Below are positions 36,432-46,204 of a stretch of 64,000 nt of DNA, piece after piece. Both the position numbers and the translations under genes were made by a program. Each line of letters starts with the position of its first letter. The first letter of the stretch is position 1. The notes below the pieces were generated by a model that was not told the origin of the DNA, did no database searches, and was given only the letters and a program-made list of their open reading frames with translations. Location of the stretch: NCBI GenBank assembly GCA_018655015.1, contig JABIKK010000013.1:44071-108070 (forward strand). The letters run 5' to 3'. Source of the DNA: Candidatus Woesearchaeota archaeon (GTDB taxonomy: Archaea > Nanobdellota > Nanobdellia > SCGC-AAA011-G17 > UBA489).

Positions 36432-37928
36432 ATGAAAAAAGAAAGTATTGGCAATCTTATTTTAAGAAATTCTCTGTGGAATAGTTTTTCTGCATTAATT
36501 GCCAAACTTGGAGGATTTATCTTTACAATAGTAATAGCTAGACTTCTTCTACCAGAACTTTTTGGACTTTATTCCTTAGTTTTGTCAATTGCGTTAATTG
36601 CGATGGTCCTAACAGATGCAGGAACAAGTTCCGGAATATTAATGTTCATTCCTAAAGCTTTGAAAGAAAAAAACAATCGAGTAAATGCTAGATCAAATTT
36701 CCGTTATCTATTGAAGGTAAAAGGATTAGTAATGTCCATAGTTATTTTATTGCTTTTAATTCTAGCAAGACCATTAGCATACAACTTCTTCGAAAAACCA
36801 GCAATATTTTTACCAATCCTACTTGCTACATTGTATATAATAACTACCTCAATGAAGGACATGTTCTACAATCTCTTCGTTTCTCTAAAAGAACTAAGCA
36901 GAGTACCAGTAATCACTACAATCTATCACTTATCAAAAATAATATTGTCCATTGTAGCAGTTATCTTACTCCCCGTTTCATACAAAATATCTGGAATTTT
37001 TGTAGCATTTAGTTTAGCAGCCCTAATCGCATTAGTATACATTTTAGTTTTGTTAAGAAAAAATAAAGACTTAATTTTAGGAAAAATTAAAGAAATCAAA
37101 AAACCACGCATAAACAAATACTTACTACATCTAAGTTTTGCAAGTCTAACACTTGTTATTTTTGGCTCAATGGACACATTAATGTTGAGCAAGTTTGTTG
37201 AACCTGAATTTCTCGGTTATTACCGTGCAGCTTTAAGTTTAGCTTTAGCAATTCCAGGATTTTTCGCAATATGGGACGTTATACTCCCAATATTCACGCA
37301 AGTCAATCAAAAAAGTCTAGAAAAAACATCTAAAGACATTCTAAGGTTTGTTATGATGCTGTCCATTCCAGCTGCAGCAGGCTTAATTGTTCTTGCAAGA
37401 CAGTCAACATTACTAATTTACGGCAAGGAATACATTTTAGCAACAGCGCCATTAATAATCCTATCAACCTTAGTCATAACCTCTCCTTTAATCGCATTCC
37501 ACTCAAGCGTATTAAAGGCAAAGGAAAACACAAAATTCCTTGCAAAATTCATATTAATTTCTGCACTCCTAAACATTGCATTAAACTACATACTGATTTC
37601 ATATCTTATTAAACTCGGACCAATTCATGCACTAATGGGTGCAGCAATAGCAACTGTATTTAGCAGAGTCTTCCTCTTAGCTGCATTAGCATCAAAAAAC
37701 TATACTGCACACAATATACTGCCTTTGAAATTACCAATAATAAAGTTTTTCATCTCTAGTTCAGTAATGGCAATTGCAATCATTCTATTCAATAAACTCA
37801 TAAATCTAAATCCGATCTTAGGACTTATAGAAATTCCAGTAGGGATTCTAATCTACTTTGGAGTTTTACTAATAATTAAAGGCGTGACAGTAGATGAAAT
37901 AAAAGCATTAAGACCTTCTAGAAGGTAG
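36432..37928 (+). CDS. Oligosaccharide/polysaccharide flippase (Wzx/MOP family)
   Basis: ~12-14 TM helices and the typical length; located in the glycosylation cluster. Confidence 0.7.
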   Translation: MKKESIGNLILRNSLWNSFSALIAKLGGFIFTIVIARLLLPELFGLYSLVLSIALIAMVLTDAGTSSGILMFIPKALKEKNNRVNARSNFRYLLKVKGLVMSIVILLLLILARPLAYNFFEKPAIFLPILLATLYIITTSMKDMFYNLFVSLKELSRVPVITTIYHLSKIILSIVAVILLPVSYKISGIFVAFSLAALIALVYILVLLRKNKDLILGKIKEIKKPRINKYLLHLSFASLTLVIFGSMDTLMLSKFVEPEFLGYYRAALSLALAIPGFFAIWDVILPIFTQVNQKSLEKTSKDILRFVMMLSIPAAAGLIVLARQSTLLIYGKEYILATAPLIILSTLVITSPLIAFHSSVLKAKENTKFLAKFILISALLNIALNYILISYLIKLGPIHALMGAAIATVFSRVFLLAALASKNYTAHNILPLKLPIIKFFISSSVMAIAIILFNKLINLNPILGLIEIPVGILIYFGVLLIIKGVTVDEIKALRPSRR

Positions 37929-38867
37929 AACTAAAAATCTGACCATATTAATTGTAACCAAGATTATTTTCACATACAAGAAAGGTAATGTAAATAAAGA
38001 TAAAAACGGATTCTTGTTTCTCCAAAGTAATGTAATATAAACAACAACCAAAGTAAAAATCAAGGCTTTTGTAAACATTACCATATTGCCTACAAATAAC
38101 AAAGGTGAAAGAATAAAACCAAATTTAACTAACCAATAAAGACTGTACTTAACTCTACATTTTTTATCAACCATGGTGTTTATTCCCTTTCCAATCCATT
38201 TACACTGTCTAAAGAACTCAGAAAAAGAAGTCGGAAGCTCAAAATATTGTTTAGCTTGTTTAACCAATTTAGATTTAAAACCTGCCTCATAAAACTTCTT
38301 TGCGAATAAATTATCTTCATAGTAAAAAGTATTTTCATTAAACCCATTGATTTTATCAAAAGCTTTTCTAGAAATACAAAAGAACATAGCACCAGCAATT
38401 TCACAATTTTCTAAATCATATATAGAACCATCCTTTAAGTTTCTCTTAATTGAAGGCCCAACCAAACCTGCTAAAGCTTTACTAACAAAATTGCCCCTAT
38501 AAGGCCTATTCATAGTCATATAAGCGTCAACACTCGAAGTATGCATTTCCATTATCGAATCAAAAAATTCATCATTCATGTAAGTATCAGCATCTAAAAA
38601 AACTAAAATTTCACCAGTTGCTTTTTTAGCGCCCCTATTTCTAGCAGCAGCAGCAGAGGTTCCAGTTGGGTGATTAACCAGTTTAATATTTCTCTTCTTC
38701 TTCATATAACCTTTAACAATATTCTCAGTCTTATCTGTAGAACCATCATTAGAAATAATAATTTCTTTATTTACATAACCGTTTGAAAGAACGCTATCGA
38801 TCGCCCTAGCAATAACTTCCTCTTCATTGTGTGCAGGAATTACAACTGAAAATTTCACAGAGTTCAT
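37908..38867 (-). CDS. Family-2 glycosyltransferase (dolichyl-phosphate hexosyltransferase-like) with C-terminal TM domain
   Basis: 'VVIPAHNEEEVI...ISNDGSTDKT...FLDADT' GT2 DxD region; tandem paralog of the next gene. Confidence 0.8.
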   Translation of the reverse strand: MNSVKFSVVIPAHNEEEVIARAIDSVLSNGYVNKEIIISNDGSTDKTENIVKGYMKKKRNIKLVNHPTGTSAAAARNRGAKKATGEILVFLDADTYMNDEFFDSIMEMHTSSVDAYMTMNRPYRGNFVSKALAGLVGPSIKRNLKDGSIYDLENCEIAGAMFFCISRKAFDKINGFNENTFYYEDNLFAKKFYEAGFKSKLVKQAKQYFELPTSFSEFFRQCKWIGKGINTMVDKKCRVKYSLYWLVKFGFILSPLLFVGNMVMFTKALIFTLVVVYITLLWRNKNPFLSLFTLPFLYVKIILVTINMVRFLVLPSRRS

Positions 38868-39874
38868 TTTTTAATTAAATACCTCATAATACCATAGAAT
38901 TCAAATAGATTCCTTAAATACATTACTGGAACCATCAAAAAGGAATAAAACACGCTTTTGCTAGCCCTTAAAGCATAAAAATATGTTAAAGCATAAGCTG
39001 CTAGAATAAAAAACGCCCCAAGGTAAATGTTAAAAAATAACAATCCAAATGGACCAAACATAAATGCAAGCTTAGCGGCAGAATATTTTATTTCGTTTTT
39101 TTGTCTTTCTTTGTCTTTCATGGAAGCAATGCCTTTCCCAGACCACAAACATTGGCGATAAACACCCTTGAGATCAGCAGGTTGTTCAGAGTAAAACAAT
39201 ATTTTAGAATTCCAAACTCCCTTGTATCCTTTAGAAAAGAATCTTTTACCAAGATCCTCATCCTCATAATAAAATATTTTTTCATCAAATCCTTTCAAAT
39301 CTAAAAAAGCCTTCCTACTTATAACAAACGGATTATAACCAATATAATTTTTAATAATTTGACCATCTTTTATTTCTCTAACTTCTTTAGAAGGTCTTCC
39401 CAACAGAGCAACAAGCCTAGATAACAAATTTGAAAATGTATTTTCTTTCATATGCCCAACAGAATCAATTCTTTTATCTTCAAAATTCTTAGCAATACTT
39501 TGTAAAAAACCATCACTTATCCCTGTGTCAGCATCTAAAAAAACTAAAATTTCTCCAGTTGCCTTTTTAGCACCCCTGTTTCTAGCAGCAGCAGCAGAAG
39601 TTCCAGTTGGATGATCAACCAATTTAATATTTTTATTTTTCTTCATATAGCTCTTAACAACTTCAACAGTCCCATCTATAGACCCGTCATTAGAAATAAT
39701 AAATTCTAAATTTGAATAACCGCTACTCAAAACACTATCCAGAGCCTTATGGATATCTTCCTCTTCATTATGTGCAGGCGTTACAACTGAAATTTTTGGA
39801 TTCTTTGACATAACAATCACCTCAAACCCTAGATCTAAATCCCCATTCGTAATCATGTTCAGAATCGTAATCAC
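38864..39874 (-). CDS. Family-2 glycosyltransferase, tandem paralog
   Basis: Shares the identical 30-aa stretch 'HPTGTSAAAARNRGAKKATGEILVFLDADT' and ~90 % nt identity over ~120 nt with 37908-38867. Confidence 0.8.
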   Translation of the reverse strand: MITILNMITNGDLDLGFEVIVMSKNPKISVVTPAHNEEEDIHKALDSVLSSGYSNLEFIISNDGSIDGTVEVVKSYMKKNKNIKLVDHPTGTSAAAARNRGAKKATGEILVFLDADTGISDGFLQSIAKNFEDKRIDSVGHMKENTFSNLLSRLVALLGRPSKEVREIKDGQIIKNYIGYNPFVISRKAFLDLKGFDEKIFYYEDEDLGKRFFSKGYKGVWNSKILFYSEQPADLKGVYRQCLWSGKGIASMKDKERQKNEIKYSAAKLAFMFGPFGLLFFNIYLGAFFILAAYALTYFYALRASKSVFYSFLMVPVMYLRNLFEFYGIMRYLIKK

Positions 39875-40349
39875 TAAATTTAATCAACTTTAGATTATGC
39901 TTCTTCAAAACTTTGAGCGTATTAGAATCATAACACCACCAACCTGCTACAACCTCACTAGGTACTACATTCAACTCACTCTTCATCCAATTAACTGCTT
40001 CATTAATCATCTTTTCTTGTTCAGCCAAGGTCATATTCATTAACATACTAAGGTGAATGTGCAATTCAAGTTGTTGCCCATGATTGATCATCCATTTGTA
40101 TCTTTCTTTCAAAATCTTTGAAACTTTCTCTTTAGACAACTTAACATTAAAAGAAGACTTAAAATAATCATAATTCGCAGGGGTCATAACATACCATTTG
40201 TGAATTTTTCCAGAATTTGATTTATTCTTAACTTCTTCCCAGATAGAATCAATCACTACAGCTTCAGTATGAATAGTCAATGGCTTTAACTTACTACGCA
40301 AAAGAGAGCTCCAATACTTCAATAATCTAAAAACGTTAAAAGATGCCAT
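39822..40349 (-). CDS. Hypothetical protein
   Basis: 175-aa ORF in the glycosylation cluster overlapping the upstream GT2 by 53 nt. No clear motif. Confidence 0.35.
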   Translation of the reverse strand: MASFNVFRLLKYWSSLLRSKLKPLTIHTEAVVIDSIWEEVKNKSNSGKIHKWYVMTPANYDYFKSSFNVKLSKEKVSKILKERYKWMINHGQQLELHIHLSMLMNMTLAEQEKMINEAVNWMKSELNVVPSEVVAGWWCYDSNTLKVLKKHNLKLIKFSDYDSEHDYEWGFRSRV

Positions 40350-40350
40350 T

Positions 40351-41379
40351 TCAAGAGTTGTCCTCCTTAATCTTGTTAACTAACAGTGAAAACTTCTCCT
40401 TAAAAAGATTTATACAATTCTTTTCATTAAAAAATGTAGCCGCCTCTGAAAATTTATTTCCTAATCTCTTCTTAGCAACAACAGGCTTATCAAAATAATC
40501 CATAATAACTTTCATTGCCCTATTCCTCTCATTCAAAGAAAAGACATACTCCTTAGAAATATCACCTACAACATTCTTAACTCCTGTTGTGTCGGATGTA
40601 AAACAGGGTATTCCTGAAGCCATAGATTCTAAAGCTGCAACTGGAAATGCATCGCCCCTTCCAAAATGACAATACAATGCAGAATGTTTCATATAAGTCT
40701 TCAAACCCTCAATGTCTTGGTTACCAACAAACTCTACATTGGGCCAGTCTTTCTTAAAATTGTCCCACTTACCACCAACAATAAACAATTTACTTTTTTT
40801 AAACTTTTCCTTAACTTTCAAAAACACTTCAACTAAAAAGTCCAAGCCCTTACAATAATAATCTTCTCCACCACCTACAAACAGAATATTATTTTTATCT
40901 AATCCTGATTTGAATTTAAAGAAATCATTCCGATTAATATACGAATAGGCTACTTCAACTGGAACATTTGGTGCAACCTTTCTAAAGAGTTCTTCTTGTA
41001 ATGGTCCCAAACAAATTGCGCCATCAATCTTTTTAATTAGTTTAAGAATAACCTTTCTCTTCCAAGGCTTAAATTTCTCAACCTCCAAAGAATCAAAATT
41101 GAATTTTTTATTATCTACCAATTGAAACAATCTTGGATCAGCAAATAAATTAATTATCTTAGAAGACTTATTAATAAATCCAAATTTCCTAGCTAAAACT
41201 GCATAATTAAACAAACCCTCTGTAAAATAAATATCATATCCTTTAGGTATTTTTCTTAAACTCATCAATCCATGGACCATTCCATCTGGGAGATAATAAA
41301 AATCAGCACCAATAGCATTAGCAAAGCTAGAATGAACTGGATGCGGCGGATTCCCACAAATAAATAATACTTTACTCAT
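40351..41379 (-). CDS. GT-B fold glycosyltransferase (GT4-like)
   Basis: C-terminal GT-B Rossmann domain (FVGNQDIEGLKTYM...AALESMASGIPCFTSD). Confidence 0.6.
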   Translation of the reverse strand: MSKVLFICGNPPHPVHSSFANAIGADFYYLPDGMVHGLMSLRKIPKGYDIYFTEGLFNYAVLARKFGFINKSSKIINLFADPRLFQLVDNKKFNFDSLEVEKFKPWKRKVILKLIKKIDGAICLGPLQEELFRKVAPNVPVEVAYSYINRNDFFKFKSGLDKNNILFVGGGEDYYCKGLDFLVEVFLKVKEKFKKSKLFIVGGKWDNFKKDWPNVEFVGNQDIEGLKTYMKHSALYCHFGRGDAFPVAALESMASGIPCFTSDTTGVKNVVGDISKEYVFSLNERNRAMKVIMDYFDKPVVAKKRLGNKFSEAATFFNEKNCINLFKEKFSLLVNKIKEDNS

Positions 41380-41410
41380 AGAACTTCTTGAAAAAAGAAG
41401 CTTAATAAAC

Positions 41411-42256
41411 TTAACTCTGAGAAGGAGAACTGGATCCTAAAAAGTACTCTAAGCCTTCCATAGCACCCTCAAAAAATGGTTTTTCTGCAACATAGCCCCT
41501 CTCCCCTCTAGAAGAAACGGCCCGCTTTAATCTTTTGTCGGCATTTCCAGGGCAAATCCAAATTCCATCTGGAACACCCTTCATCATTTCTCCATCGGAA
41601 TGGTATGAATCTCCCAATATAATTACATCTTTAGTAGCAACACCCAACTCTCCAAGAATATGTATTAATCCATCCTTTTTACTTACGCCAGGGATGATGT
41701 CTAAAGCCATGTCACAGGTTTTAGCAACAAGACGGCCATCATCAAGATCTGACCTTAACTCGGGAGACATGAACTTAACCACTTCAGAATAAAGACTTCT
41801 AGCAAATGCTTCTCCATCAGGACTATTAAACTCATAAGTTAAAATATGTAAATTATCTCTCATCCTAGTCAATTCAGCCCCATCAAATTTTGCACCTAGG
41901 AATTCATCATGCTGCCCAGCGTGATGAATAAATTCTTCCAACCTATTTTTTGCACCAGTAAGATTTCTAAAATGGTCATCTCCTTCAGCAATATGATATT
42001 CTCTACCAGTTTTAGGATCAACAATCATTGTTCCATGCTCACAAACAGAAAGTGCATCCATGTAGCCAAGTAATTCCCTCGTAATTTCTAAAGATCTTCC
42101 AGTAACAGCAACGCAAGGTACACCCTTTTTGGTCATAAAACTTTTCCACCTATCTAGATTTTCTTTTTCGCCATTCAAAATAGCCCTAGTAGTATCTTTA
42201 GAAAATATTTCGCCAGTACTCAATACACCATCCAAATCAAATACAGCTAGTTTCAT
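41411..42256 (-). CDS. HAD-superfamily phosphatase (candidate nonulosonic-acid-9-phosphate phosphatase)
   Basis: Motif I 'FDLDGVL' and C-terminal 'ILGDSYHSD'. Adjacent to NeuB/NeuA. GC-richer than the cluster average. Confidence 0.6.
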   Translation of the reverse strand: MKLAVFDLDGVLSTGEIFSKDTTRAILNGEKENLDRWKSFMTKKGVPCVAVTGRSLEITRELLGYMDALSVCEHGTMIVDPKTGREYHIAEGDDHFRNLTGAKNRLEEFIHHAGQHDEFLGAKFDGAELTRMRDNLHILTYEFNSPDGEAFARSLYSEVVKFMSPELRSDLDDGRLVAKTCDMALDIIPGVSKKDGLIHILGELGVATKDVIILGDSYHSDGEMMKGVPDGIWICPGNADKRLKRAVSSRGERGYVAEKPFFEGAMEGLEYFLGSSSPSQS

Positions 42257-42280
42257 TTTAACCTCTAGAACTGAAATAAA

Positions 42281-43327
42281 TTAAAGGTCGTCTACCCTTC
42301 TTAGATCATCAATAATGGGTATTTCAGAATCATGAACTCTTTTCCCATAATTTCCAAGCATAATCGGAATCCTCTTTGCAACTCTAGCAATATCTCCTAA
42401 AGCTTTAGGTTCAATACTAGCTGCGTGATCCCATCCAAACATGGATCTTCCAAGAGTAATGTGTTTTTCAATAACACAAGCACCTGTAGCCATAGCAACA
42501 ATTGCAGGCCATATTCCTGGAGCATGACAACTGAATCCAATTGGACAGTCAAAATGTTTTCTTAATGTGTGGATTACATTAATATCTAATTCACTATCCT
42601 TTGAAGGATAAGTTGCTGTACAATGTAACAAAACAGTATTCTCGGAACCAAGAATCTTCATAGCTTCAACAACTTTTTCCATATTAGTCATTCCTATAGA
42701 AAATATAATCGGTTTACCTGTAGATTTTATTTTTTTCAATAAGTTTCTATCAGTCAAACTTGCAGAAGCAATTTTATAACAAGGAACATCGAATTTTTCA
42801 AGGAAGTCAACGCTTGCTTCGTCCCAAGGGGATGCAAACCACATAATTCCTTTTTCCTTACAATACCTATCTATCTCTTGGTATTCTTCTTCACCAAACT
42901 CTAATTGTTCTCTCTCTTCTCTATTTGTTGTGCCCCAAGGTGTTTTTCTTGGACCATCCATAAATTCTTTAGTATAAATAACATCAAGTGTTCTTTTCTG
43001 GAATTTAACTGCATCACAACCTTTCTCAACTGCAAGATCTATCATTGTTTTAGCAGTTTCAATTTCACCATTGTGATTAATTCCAATTTCAGCAATAACA
43101 AAAATAGGTTGATCGTGACCAATCATTTTATTTCCAATCCTAACTGGTTTTGGTCCTCTAGTCTCTAAATTTCTAAACTCATAATCGCTCCACGCTTGAG
43201 AAATAGCTTGTGGAACACTATTAACGGCCCCAGAACCTTCATTAACATAACTTGCTACTCTATCAGCAAATTCTCGAGGTACGGTTATTGATGTGCTTCC
43301 TTCTTTTGGCATACGGTCCTGCATCAT
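42281..43327 (-). CDS. neuB: N-acetylneuraminate (nonulosonic acid) synthase NeuB-family, with ~48-aa N-terminal extension and no SAF domain
   Basis: 'PIFVIAEIGINHNGEIETAKTMIDLAVEKGCDAVKFQKR' is the canonical NeuB/PseI/LegI TIM-barrel N-terminus. The protein ends ~25 aa after the barrel. Confidence 0.8.
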   Translation of the reverse strand: MMQDRMPKEGSTSITVPREFADRVASYVNEGSGAVNSVPQAISQAWSDYEFRNLETRGPKPVRIGNKMIGHDQPIFVIAEIGINHNGEIETAKTMIDLAVEKGCDAVKFQKRTLDVIYTKEFMDGPRKTPWGTTNREEREQLEFGEEEYQEIDRYCKEKGIMWFASPWDEASVDFLEKFDVPCYKIASASLTDRNLLKKIKSTGKPIIFSIGMTNMEKVVEAMKILGSENTVLLHCTATYPSKDSELDINVIHTLRKHFDCPIGFSCHAPGIWPAIVAMATGACVIEKHITLGRSMFGWDHAASIEPKALGDIARVAKRIPIMLGNYGKRVHDSEIPIIDDLRRVDDL

Positions 43328-43399
43328 CAGTAGTTTATAAAGATTTCTATGTTGTAGTCAATTAATTTAAAAAGGACCGTTCATGGACCGTATAAATTA

Positions 43400-44107
43400 C
43401 TAAAAATCCATCCGAGTCTTGCCTTCTTTTCTTCTCGTCATTAATTGTTCTGCTAACCACCAATCATAAGGATAATCTATCTCAAGAGAATTAACCTCTT
43501 CCATCATAACAAGTCCAATCCTTCCACCATACCTGTTTTTCACTTGATCAAAAAGATCCCTTTTGATCACATACAACGCACCATTATCGCAATACCAGGG
43601 TTCCATAGCTTGCTTTCTTTCTCTAACTTTCCTAAAAGGCACATAACAACCATCTTTAAGCTGGCCATAATATCTAAATGAAGGAAATGCAGTAATTGCA
43701 GAATCATACTCTTGTTCATCGATCATTGCGATAGCTTCATCTATCTCTTTATTATCTCTAAATATAGATGTACATTGTAAAAATGCAATCAGCCTTATTT
43801 TAATACCAGTTTTTTCAATCTCTTGAACTGCATAATCTAAATAGGATTCCTTATACAAATCAAATTGATCCATATTCTCTTCTTTTTCATAAACAATCTC
43901 CGCCCCAAACTTTCTAGAAACTTCAGCAATTTCCTCACTATCAGTTGAAACAAAAACCTTATCGACCTTAGGAGAATTCTTTGCTGCCTCAATAGAGTAA
44001 GCAATCATAGGTTTACCACACATATCTTTGACATTCTTTTTTAATACAGTCTTAGACCCACCCCTCGCAGGAATGATCGCAATTACAAGCCCATTTTCTT
44101 CAGTCAT
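43400..44107 (-). CDS. neuA: Acylneuraminate cytidylyltransferase (CMP-nonulosonic acid synthetase)
   Basis: 'IIPARGGSKTVLKKN' CMP-NeuAc/KDO synthetase P-loop-like motif. Confidence 0.8.
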   Translation of the reverse strand: MTEENGLVIAIIPARGGSKTVLKKNVKDMCGKPMIAYSIEAAKNSPKVDKVFVSTDSEEIAEVSRKFGAEIVYEKEENMDQFDLYKESYLDYAVQEIEKTGIKIRLIAFLQCTSIFRDNKEIDEAIAMIDEQEYDSAITAFPSFRYYGQLKDGCYVPFRKVRERKQAMEPWYCDNGALYVIKRDLFDQVKNRYGGRIGLVMMEEVNSLEIDYPYDWWLAEQLMTRRKEGKTRMDF

Positions 44108-44202
44108 TTTAAAAATCCACCGTTTAACAAGCTATAAAACCAATTAATAAGGTTTTCCCCCTCCAAGAAGGATTTAAATAGTCTTCAGAAAAGCATAGAA
44201 AT

Positions 44203-44757
44203 ATGGAGAAAAAATCAAACGTCCGTAAACTAGAAATTGGGTGTGGGTCAAAAAAACAAAAAGGATTCTTCGGAATCGATCTATATCCTTACGCTGGAGT
44301 AGATCTTGTAATTGACGTAGACAACGGACTTCCATTCAAAAACAACACTATTGAAGAGATTTACACCGAACACGCACTAGAGCATGTAAAAGAATTCGAA
44401 TTTGTAATGGAAGAAATTTATAGAATATGTAAACCCAAGGCAAAGATAGTAATTAAAGTCCCATACTTCTCAGGTAAGTCTGCTTTCTTTGAATTTCACA
44501 GAAGATTCTTTAGGTATGATAGTTTCACAGATTTTGAGCAAGATGAAAAAAGTATGTTAACAACAAAGAACCCTGTTAATTTCAAAGTTAAAAAAAGAAA
44601 ATTAATATTCCTTAAAAAATGGTATCTCCCTTGGAATTTCATAATCGAACCATTATTCAACATACATCAAAAGATATGTCTTTTCTATGAAGAAACCTTT
44701 CTAAGAAATCTATTTCCCGCATATGAAATGTATTTCGAACTAGAAGCAAAAAAATAA
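44203..44757 (+). CDS. Class I SAM-dependent methyltransferase (type 11)
   Basis: 'LEIGCGSKKQKGFFGID' motif I; paralog of 48170-48769. Confidence 0.65.
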   Translation: MEKKSNVRKLEIGCGSKKQKGFFGIDLYPYAGVDLVIDVDNGLPFKNNTIEEIYTEHALEHVKEFEFVMEEIYRICKPKAKIVIKVPYFSGKSAFFEFHRRFFRYDSFTDFEQDEKSMLTTKNPVNFKVKKRKLIFLKKWYLPWNFIIEPLFNIHQKICLFYEETFLRNLFPAYEMYFELEAKK

Positions 44758-46203
44758 TTACCCACCTTTAATAATTTTATTAATTAAATTAATCTGTCTA
44801 TCAGTTGAATTTCCATCATCAGAACAATTGTAATTCTTTACAAACTTCTTTCTAGCAATTTCAAAACTTTTACTAAATTTTTCACTGTTCAACACTTCTT
44901 CCAATCTGGGAGTAAAATCTTTTGCATCTTGAACCCTGAAGCCTACCCCTTCACCAGTGTAATCTACAAACTCATCAAAACCAATGTTCACGGAGATCAC
45001 AGGTTTACCCAATAAAACTGCTTCAATTGCAACAGTTGAGAATGCAGTTGTAAAAACATCACAAGAAGCCAATATTTTATGAATATCTCCACCAATTAAG
45101 ACTTTAAGGTTTAATTCCTTATAATCTTTAGGTAAATCATCAAGACTCATATCTTCCCTCATAGTAAGCACAAACTCATAATTATCTCTGTTCTCAATAT
45201 TCCTAACAGTGTCTAAAAAACAGTCCAATGCAGTACGAGTCATATCTCCTTCAGTTAAAGGTCTCTGTGCTGTAAAGATAACAACTTTCTTACTGGGATC
45301 AATTCCAAGTTCTTTACAAGAAGTAGCCCTATCAAATTTATTATTAAATATGTTATCAAATCTCGGCTGACCAGTAACAACCAACTTTTTAACCTCTGCC
45401 CCCTCAGACATCAAAAGCTCCCTCTCACTTTCACCATTCAATGCCATGTAGCTTGCACTAACTTCTCCAACAGGATTTCCTTGCAGCTGCCCATGCTGTA
45501 TAACCAAAGAAGGTACATTAAATTCCTTAGCAACTAAACAAGCAATTCTACCGGTAGCATTAACATCATCAGAAACTAAAACAATTTTATATTTCTCCCT
45601 CGAGTATATTTCTCTAAATAATCCAATATTACGAACTGTCTCAATGAACATCTTCCTAGTCTTAATACAATACTCTAAAACATCCATAACATACCCATAA
45701 TTCTCGCCAAGCTTTTTCTTAAGATCCATATCTGATTGGATAAGATTCCATTGTTTATTCAAAAAAGTCCCTGCATCCACAATCATTTCTTCAATATTTT
45801 CACAAAGAAAATTATCTAAATTAGCAAATGGGATATTATTTGCATCAAGCCTTTGTCGTGTAATTTGAGCAGAAGGACCGTCATTTCTGATAACCCTAAC
45901 TCCCTTAAGTTTTTTGAATAAAAATAAAAATGTATTAACATGGGACATGTCATATGGAACCATTAAAATTTCATCCCCGCCTTCCTTATCTACAAACTTT
46001 CTTTTAAATCTTTGATTTCTTTTCCGATTAATTGCAAACCTAACCAAAGTATCTTTTTTCTTTTCAAAAAAATTTCTTTTCCTAGGCTCCTTCAAGAAAG
46101 AATTGTACAATCCAGCCTCATTTAAATGCCAAAGATTATAGCCTTCATAAGTTAAATAATTCTCAAGTAAGATTCCAATTCCCTTAACATCTTTAAATTT
46201 CAT
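44758..46203 (-). CDS. GT-B fold glycosyl/glycerophospho-transferase-like protein (TagF/capsule-biosynthesis-like); candidate nonulosonic-acid transferase
   Basis: C-terminal GT-B domain 'CDVFTTAFSTVAIEAVLLGKPVISV'. No EX7E. Located next to the neuAB genes. Confidence 0.45.
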   Translation of the reverse strand: MKFKDVKGIGILLENYLTYEGYNLWHLNEAGLYNSFLKEPRKRNFFEKKKDTLVRFAINRKRNQRFKRKFVDKEGGDEILMVPYDMSHVNTFLFLFKKLKGVRVIRNDGPSAQITRQRLDANNIPFANLDNFLCENIEEMIVDAGTFLNKQWNLIQSDMDLKKKLGENYGYVMDVLEYCIKTRKMFIETVRNIGLFREIYSREKYKIVLVSDDVNATGRIACLVAKEFNVPSLVIQHGQLQGNPVGEVSASYMALNGESERELLMSEGAEVKKLVVTGQPRFDNIFNNKFDRATSCKELGIDPSKKVVIFTAQRPLTEGDMTRTALDCFLDTVRNIENRDNYEFVLTMREDMSLDDLPKDYKELNLKVLIGGDIHKILASCDVFTTAFSTVAIEAVLLGKPVISVNIGFDEFVDYTGEGVGFRVQDAKDFTPRLEEVLNSEKFSKSFEIARKKFVKNYNCSDDGNSTDRQINLINKIIKGG

Positions 46204-46204
46204 T

